A DNA stretch of 64,000 nucleotides from Octopus vulgaris (lineage: Eukaryota). Where the stretch lies: contig OX597842.1 in the NCBI GenBank assembly GCA_951406725.2, forward strand, positions 3,906,001 through 3,970,000, written 5' to 3'. The notes beneath the pieces are model-generated. The model did no database searches. It saw nothing but the letters and a program-made list of their open reading frames with translations, and was not told the origin of the DNA. Positions 57,510 to 64,000 of this stretch are shown piece by piece; within the stretch, counting starts at the first letter, position 1; each line of letters begins with the position of its first letter. Position numbers and translations under genes: made by a program.

Positions 57510-57735
57510 GGGTGGCAAAAAGTCACCCGACAGTTAATCAAAATTCCATAAGTACTAAATATTCAATTTTATTCATTCCAATTATAAATATTTAATAATT
57601 GAATTCTGTGAGTTATAATTACCGTCTTTGTTCACCATTTGTTTACTTATTAGCGAAGTCTCATATAAAATAATTTTTTGTTTTAATCTTGGATGTGATC
57701 TTTATTTAGTGTCAGGTGACCTCTGGTCAACCCTG
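57507..57735. mobile_element. Tc1/mariner-type MITE
   Basis: Imperfect TIRs GGGTGGCAAAAAGTCACCCGACA / TGTCAGGTGACCTCTGGTCAACCCTG with TA flanks. Confidence 0.7.
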
Positions 57736-57800
57736 TATATATACGTACATTTGTTAATATATATGCATAGGCATTTTCATACATACACCCTTACATATAC

Positions 57801-57926
<126 letters not shown>

Positions 57927-57961
57927 CTATATGCATATGTGTGTGTTTGTGTGTGTGTGTG

Positions 57962-57999
<38 letters not shown>

Positions 58000-58078
58000 C
58001 ATACACATGTAGATATATATGTATGTACGTGTATGTATATATTATAGGTATTTTCATATATATATATATGCATGTATG

Positions 58079-58124
<46 letters not shown>

Positions 58125-58647
58125 TATATATCGGCAAAGACCTGCATATACATGTATGTATATATATATATAGGTGTATGAATGTATGTATAGGTGGGTT
58201 TGTATATGTTTGTACGAGTATACAAGAGTGTGTATATGAATGCGTGTCCAACGTGTGGATGTATATTTTGTATGTGTATGAGTTTGTGTCTGTATGTGTA
58301 TGTGTGTTTGTTTTTGTTGGTGAGATGAGGTCACATGTGCTGCAGTATAATTGGGATGGTGGCGCTACTGTCGTTATGGGTGATGACGTAATCGGGGTGG
58401 ATGGGTGTGGTGTTTTCTTTTGTATCCTGGGACTTTTAGCTGGGAATTCTGTACTGGAAGGAGTGTGCATGTCTGTGCATGTATGAATGTGTGTGTGTGT
58501 ACAATCACACATACATATATTTATATACACGTATATATACATATATGCATGAACATTTTTGTGTGTGTGTGTGTATATTTTTTTAATTTTTTTTATTTCA
58601 TCTTGTTTCAGATTACAAGCTGTGGCCATGCTGGGGCACCGCTATTT

Positions 58648-58800
58648 ATGAGAGAAAGTTGTAGCGAAGTTCGCCATTACTTTCTGCCGGAGCCGCGTGG
58701 AGCTTAGGTGTTTCGCTCGTAAACATACACATCGCCCGGCCTGAGATCCGAACTCGCTATCCCTCGACAGCGAGTCCGCTGCTCTAACCAATAGGCCATA
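58648..58800 (-). mobile_element. tRNA-derived SINE, distinct family, 5' part
   Basis: TGGCCTATTGGTTAGAGCAGCGGACT..GAGTTCGGATCTC (A- and B-box-like). Confidence 0.65.
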
Positions 58801-58850
58801 TAGATATTTAAATATGTGAATAAATATGTATACAATTTTATATATAAATA

Positions 58851-59615
58851 GGCGCAGGAGTGGCTGTGTGGTAAGTAGCTTGCTTACCAACCATATTTGC
58901 ATCCTGGGCAAGTGTCTTCTACTATAGCCTCTTGACCAAAGTAGATGGAATCTGAAAGAAGCCCGTCGTATATATACATATATGTGTGTATATATTTGTG
59001 TGTCTGTGTTTGTCCCCCCCCCCCTCAACATCGCTTGACAAACGATGCTGGTATGGTTAAGACCATACTTAGCGGTTCGGCAAAAGAGACCGATAGAATA
59101 AGTCCTGGGGTCGATCTGCTCGACTAAAGTCGGTGCTCCAGCATGGCCGCAGTCAAATGACTGAAACAAGTAAAAGAAAAAGAAAGTAATATATATAGGC
59201 GCAGGAGTGGCTGTGTGGTAAGTAGCTTGCTTACCAACCACATGGTTCCGGGTTCAGTCCCACTGCGTGGCATCTTGGGCAAATGTCTTCTACTATAGTC
59301 TCGGGCCGACCAAAGCCTTGTGAGTGGATCTGGTAGACGGAAACTGAAAGAAGCCCGTCGTATATATGTATATATATATATATATATTTGTATGTGTATG
59401 TTTGTGTGTCTGTTTGTCCCCCTAGCATTGCTTGACAACCGATGCTGGTGTGTTTATGTCCCCGTTACTTAGCGGTTCGGCAGAAGAGACCGATAGAATA
59501 AGTACTGGGCTTACAAAAGAATAAGTCCCGGGGTCGAGTTGCTCGATTAAAGATGGTGCTCCAGCATGGCCGCAGTCAAATGACTGAAACAAGTAAAAAA
59601 GTAAAAGAGTAAAGA
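58851..59615 (+). mobile_element. Two head-to-tail SINE family A copies (58851-59185 deleted; 59198-59615 full length)
   Basis: Both begin GGCGCAGGAGTGGCTGTGTGGTAAGTAGCTTGCTTACCAACC and end CAGTCAAATGACTGAAACAAGTAAAA. Confidence 0.92.
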
Positions 59616-60302
59616 GAGAGTATATATATATATATATATATATTTGTATACATATCCATGTTTATGTGCGTGTGTATGTGTGTGTGTTTGTGCCACCACC
59701 GCTTAACAATCGGTGTGTTCGGCAAATAAAGGGTTCGGCGTATCAGACCGATAGAATAAGTACCAGCAAGCCCGTAGACTACGACGGACTTCTTTGTGTG
59801 TGTGTGTGTGTGCGTATGTGTGAAACAAGTAACAGATGAAAGACAGGGGGTAAAGGGTGTTGCATTCTTTGGAACCGATAGATTCAAGCTCAGTTATAAA
59901 AACGCAGGTTTTCCACAATGAATTTTCATAATAATTCAGCTTAACTCCCTTTTACTTGGAAAGTTTCTAACTGCTACCGCTAGGAGTTCGTTCTATAAAT
60001 TCACCGAAAACTTTTTAAATTTTTATTTAATTAATTAATTTAATTATTTACTTTTATGTTATTCGGTGCGTCTTTTTTCTATGTATTTGTCTAAGTTCAT
60101 TTGATTGATCTCCCTTAGTTCGTTATTAATTTATATGTATTTTGTTATTTATAATTACATACAAAGAAGACAATGGCTTCGCGTTTTCAGCGTATATATA
60201 ATTTACAATGCAGAGAAGCTATACACGTGTGTGTGTGTATATGTGTGTGCATTGTTCATTTTATGAAATCTTTAATGTATTATAATTAAAATTAACAATA
60301 AC

Positions 60303-60355
<53 letters not shown>

Positions 60356-60381
60356 TGATGATAATAATAATAATAATAATG

Positions 60382-60444
<63 letters not shown>

Positions 60445-60809
60445 CATTTACAATAATAAATTACAAGAAACAACTGATCAAACGGACGAACACACAAAAG
60501 TGTGTGTATATGTGTGTGTGTGTGTGTACACATATAGACATATGCATATATGTGCATGTGTACTTTTGTGTTTCGGAATACACACGCACACACACATATA
60601 TATATATATATATATAGCTGTAAAGCGCCTGTCTTGTTTCATTTTGCGTATAGACAAGCGTGCGTGCAAGCGCACATACACACATCAGTACATCATAGAC
60701 TTCAAATACCAACATAGATATACAAGCGAACATGACTAGAATTGTGTGTCTACATATTAATGGGTGTGTGTACACATCTATACATCCAGAAGTGTATATA
60801 AATATTTAC

Positions 60810-60848
<39 letters not shown>

Positions 60849-61039
60849 CATGCACATACATACATACATCCATGTATATATATGTATATACACACATATA
60901 CATATGTATATATATATATACATACATGCACATACATACATCCATGTATATATATGTATATACACACATATATATATGTATATATGTATATATATATAAT
61001 ATATATATCGATATTATATATTATATATATATATGTATG

Positions 61040-61109
<70 letters not shown>

Positions 61110-62165
61110 AAAGTTATATATATATACACCAACGCTAACATATATGAGTGGATGTATGTTGTGTGTATATACATATATATATACTCTCACCCACACATAA
61201 ACGCACTCAGCTCAGCCACCACCAGCACCACCGCAACCACAAAAACAACAACGACAACAACCAATACCCAACCACGACAATCTCCACCACCGCCGCCGTC
61301 GCCTCCGCCAGAACACGCTCCACCTTCCAAACTGCCTCCCTACCCACCCCAATTAAAAACAATTAGCCATTGATTTGCTTCAAAATTCAAATGAAAATTA
61401 TATCATAATATCATAATTACTAATTTCAACTGAATTAGTTTAGATTGTGAGCGACGCCATTTTTGTTACAGTAGTTGTTATTTTTGTTGGACTTGTAAAG
61501 CATTATTGTTGCCATTATTCTTGAAGTTGTTGTTGCCGTCGTTATAAGTATTGTTGTTATTCTTAGTGTTACTATTCCTGTTGTTGTGGTTGTTGTTGTT
61601 ATTACTGTTGTGTTGTTATTTTTACCATTATTGCAATTGTTATAGTTACTAGCGTTCTTATTGTATTTACTATCGAAGTCGTTCGTACATAACGTTTTCC
61701 TTGTTGGTACAATTGTTCGTGACTTGTTACTGTTGTTGTTGTTGTTGTTGTTGTTCCTGTTGATGCTGATCTGGTTGTTTTGTTCTTGTTACTATTATTA
61801 TTGTTGCCGTTACCGTGCTTCGTACTGTTGTTGTTGCTGTTGTTGTAGTCGCTATTCTTGCTGTTGTTGTGTTTCATTGTTATATAGTTTTGCCTATTGA
61901 ATCTGTGACGCTATTGTCTCCCGTTGTTTGAAGTAACATATACAATAACCCGCCTTCCACCCTCTCTCTCCCCATCTCTCTCTCTTCTGTGTTGTGTATT
62001 GATGTGTATTTGTGGTCTTCTTTTCATGGTTCCAGTTCTGCATCAACAGTTTTCAAGATGGCAATGTTGTGTCTCTGGAAACTTCCCAAAATCTGCTTAT
62101 GACTCATAAATGCGTGAATTTGTGCTTGTTATACACACACACACATATATATATATATAGCTATT

Positions 62166-62197
<32 letters not shown>

Positions 62198-62323
62198 CAG
62201 ACACCAACATACATACGCGCGCGCACACCACATACACAAATATATATATATATGTAAGTGTGTGTGTGTATGTATGTATAGATAGATATATAGACGGATA
62301 GATAGATAGATAGATAGATAGAC

Positions 62324-62360
<37 letters not shown>

Positions 62361-62521
62361 CCAACGTACATACGCGCGCGCACACCACATACACAAATAT
62401 ATATATATGTAAGTGTGCGTGCGTGTATGTATGTATAGATAGATATATAAACGGATAGATAGATAGATAGATAGATAGACAGACAAACACCAACATACTT
62501 ACGCGCGTGCACATCACATAC

Positions 62522-62574
<53 letters not shown>

Positions 62575-62610
62575 TGTGCGTGTGTGTATGTATAGATAGA
62601 TAGATACAGA
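62198..62610. repeat. Three tandem copies of a ~130-160-bp compound-microsatellite unit
   Basis: ACACCAAC.TAC.TACGCGCG.GCACA.CACATACACAAAT(AT)n..AAGTGTG recurs three times. Confidence 0.85.
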
Positions 62611-62624
62611 GGTATATTATTTAT

Positions 62625-62820
62625 TTCAAATTTTGGCTCAAGCCCACAAATTTCAAGAGAGGGACTCCAGCGTTTCACTAGTACTTAATTTATTGACCCC
62701 CGAAAGGATGAAAGGCAAAGTCGACATCGGTGCAATTTGAACTCAGAACACAAATACGGACGAAATGCCGCTCAGCGTTTTGTCCGTCGTCTTAACGATT
62801 CTGCCAGCTCGCCGCCTTAT
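62625..62820 (-). mobile_element. SINE family B
   Basis: GAAAGGATGAAAGGCAAAGTCGAC core and CTGCCAGCTCGCCGCC head. Confidence 0.8.
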
Positions 62821-63572
62821 ATTATATGTATATTACCTATATATTACATAGAGATTATCTACACATTATATAAATATATAAAATATATAGTCCCTGGTAG
62901 TATAATAACAAGTATCGTGATAGGACCGGGTTCAGTTCCCTGCCGGGTAAACAATCATGGTTCCGGGTTCAGTCCCACTGCGTGACACCCTTTTCTTGTC
63001 AAAGTTTATCTGCAATTAATTGCTTATTCTTCCACATTACACAAAATCTTTTAACATTTTTTAAAAATACAATATCTTATAATATTTAATTATAAAAGGA
63101 TTTTTTAAACATCGAGTGGGTAGATGGGACCACCCAACAGAAATAGGAATCAAAGGGGTTCAATGGGGGGGGGGAACGGCTGAGCACCACTGGTGTAGAC
63201 AGAGAAAGTAGTATGTATGTGAGTGTGTGTGTATGTGTGTATGTACACATATATGTATGTATATGTGTGTGAGAGGATGGATGGATGAATATTTACGTAT
63301 ACAGATACATATACACAGACGCAAATACCTCCACAGATACACACATACATACACACAAGTGTTAATATTCCACCAAGCACTGCAACAGACTGGAAAAATA
63401 TTACTAATTAGAGAACTAATTCATTTACTCTAATTATGTAAATTAGTACAGTGTTTTGAGAAAACACAAGGGTTTGCCAGAATTTTCTTCTTATAAATAA
63501 ATTCTGTATTAGATTCTCTTTTTCATTTCATCTTCTTTTCTTTTTTTTTTTGCGCATTTCTTCACAACTCAC

Positions 63573-63636
<64 letters not shown>

Positions 63637-63637
63637 C

Positions 63638-63810
63638 CTTTCTTCTCTAGACACAAGGCCTGAAATTTGAGGGAGGAGACAAGTCAATTACATCAACCCC
63701 AGCACCTTACTGGTATTTAGTTCCTCGACTCTGAAATGATGAAAGGCAAAGTCGTCCTCGCCGGAATTTGAACTCAGAATGTAAAGACAGGTGAAGTGTC
63801 GCTAAGCTTT
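63638..63810 (-). mobile_element. SINE family B, 5'-truncated, ending in an (AAT)n tract
   Basis: GATGAAAGGCAAAGTCGTCCTCG core. Confidence 0.75.
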
Positions 63811-64000
63811 AACATGTTGAAATTTTGATTGAAATTGGGAAAAAGGGGTCCAATCTAGACCCACAAGTGTCCCCAAAAATCAATAAAATCCCCGTTTTCG
63901 CAGCAAAGCAACCACTGTAGCGCCCCAAAACGTCTCCCAATCAATTTCTCACCTCAAGTTACCCGCTCCTGTCAATCTTAATCCCCTTCCAGCCCCATTT

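Overview
This is AT-rich, microsatellite-saturated eukaryotic DNA. Its tRNA-derived SINE families and repeat landscape suggest an octopus/coleoid cephalopod genome (inference from recognition, not a database search). No host protein-coding exon can be supported, and almost every ORF in the track is a translation of (TA)n, (CA)n, (TAGA)n, (TACA)n or (AAT)n. Recognisable content: many SINE copies, three decayed mariner transposons plus fragments, a hAT-derived element, a non-autonomous Helitron, remnants of R4/Dong-like, Tx1/L1-like and Penelope-like (GIY-YIG) retroelements, a tRNA-Gly fragment, and a dispersed ~150-bp tandem repeat. The main hidden signal is about 14 type I hammerhead ribozyme motifs (stem I-CUGANGA-stem II-GAAA-stem III-NUH-stem I'), some intact and some degenerate, read by eye on both strands. 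Many sit in short fold-back cassettes embedded in (TA)n tracts, the architecture expected for Penelope-like retroelement termini. They include a group with a long, multi-segment stem II showing compensatory changes, plus U3:A8 and C4 core variants. All folds were assigned manually, and catalytic activity is untested.
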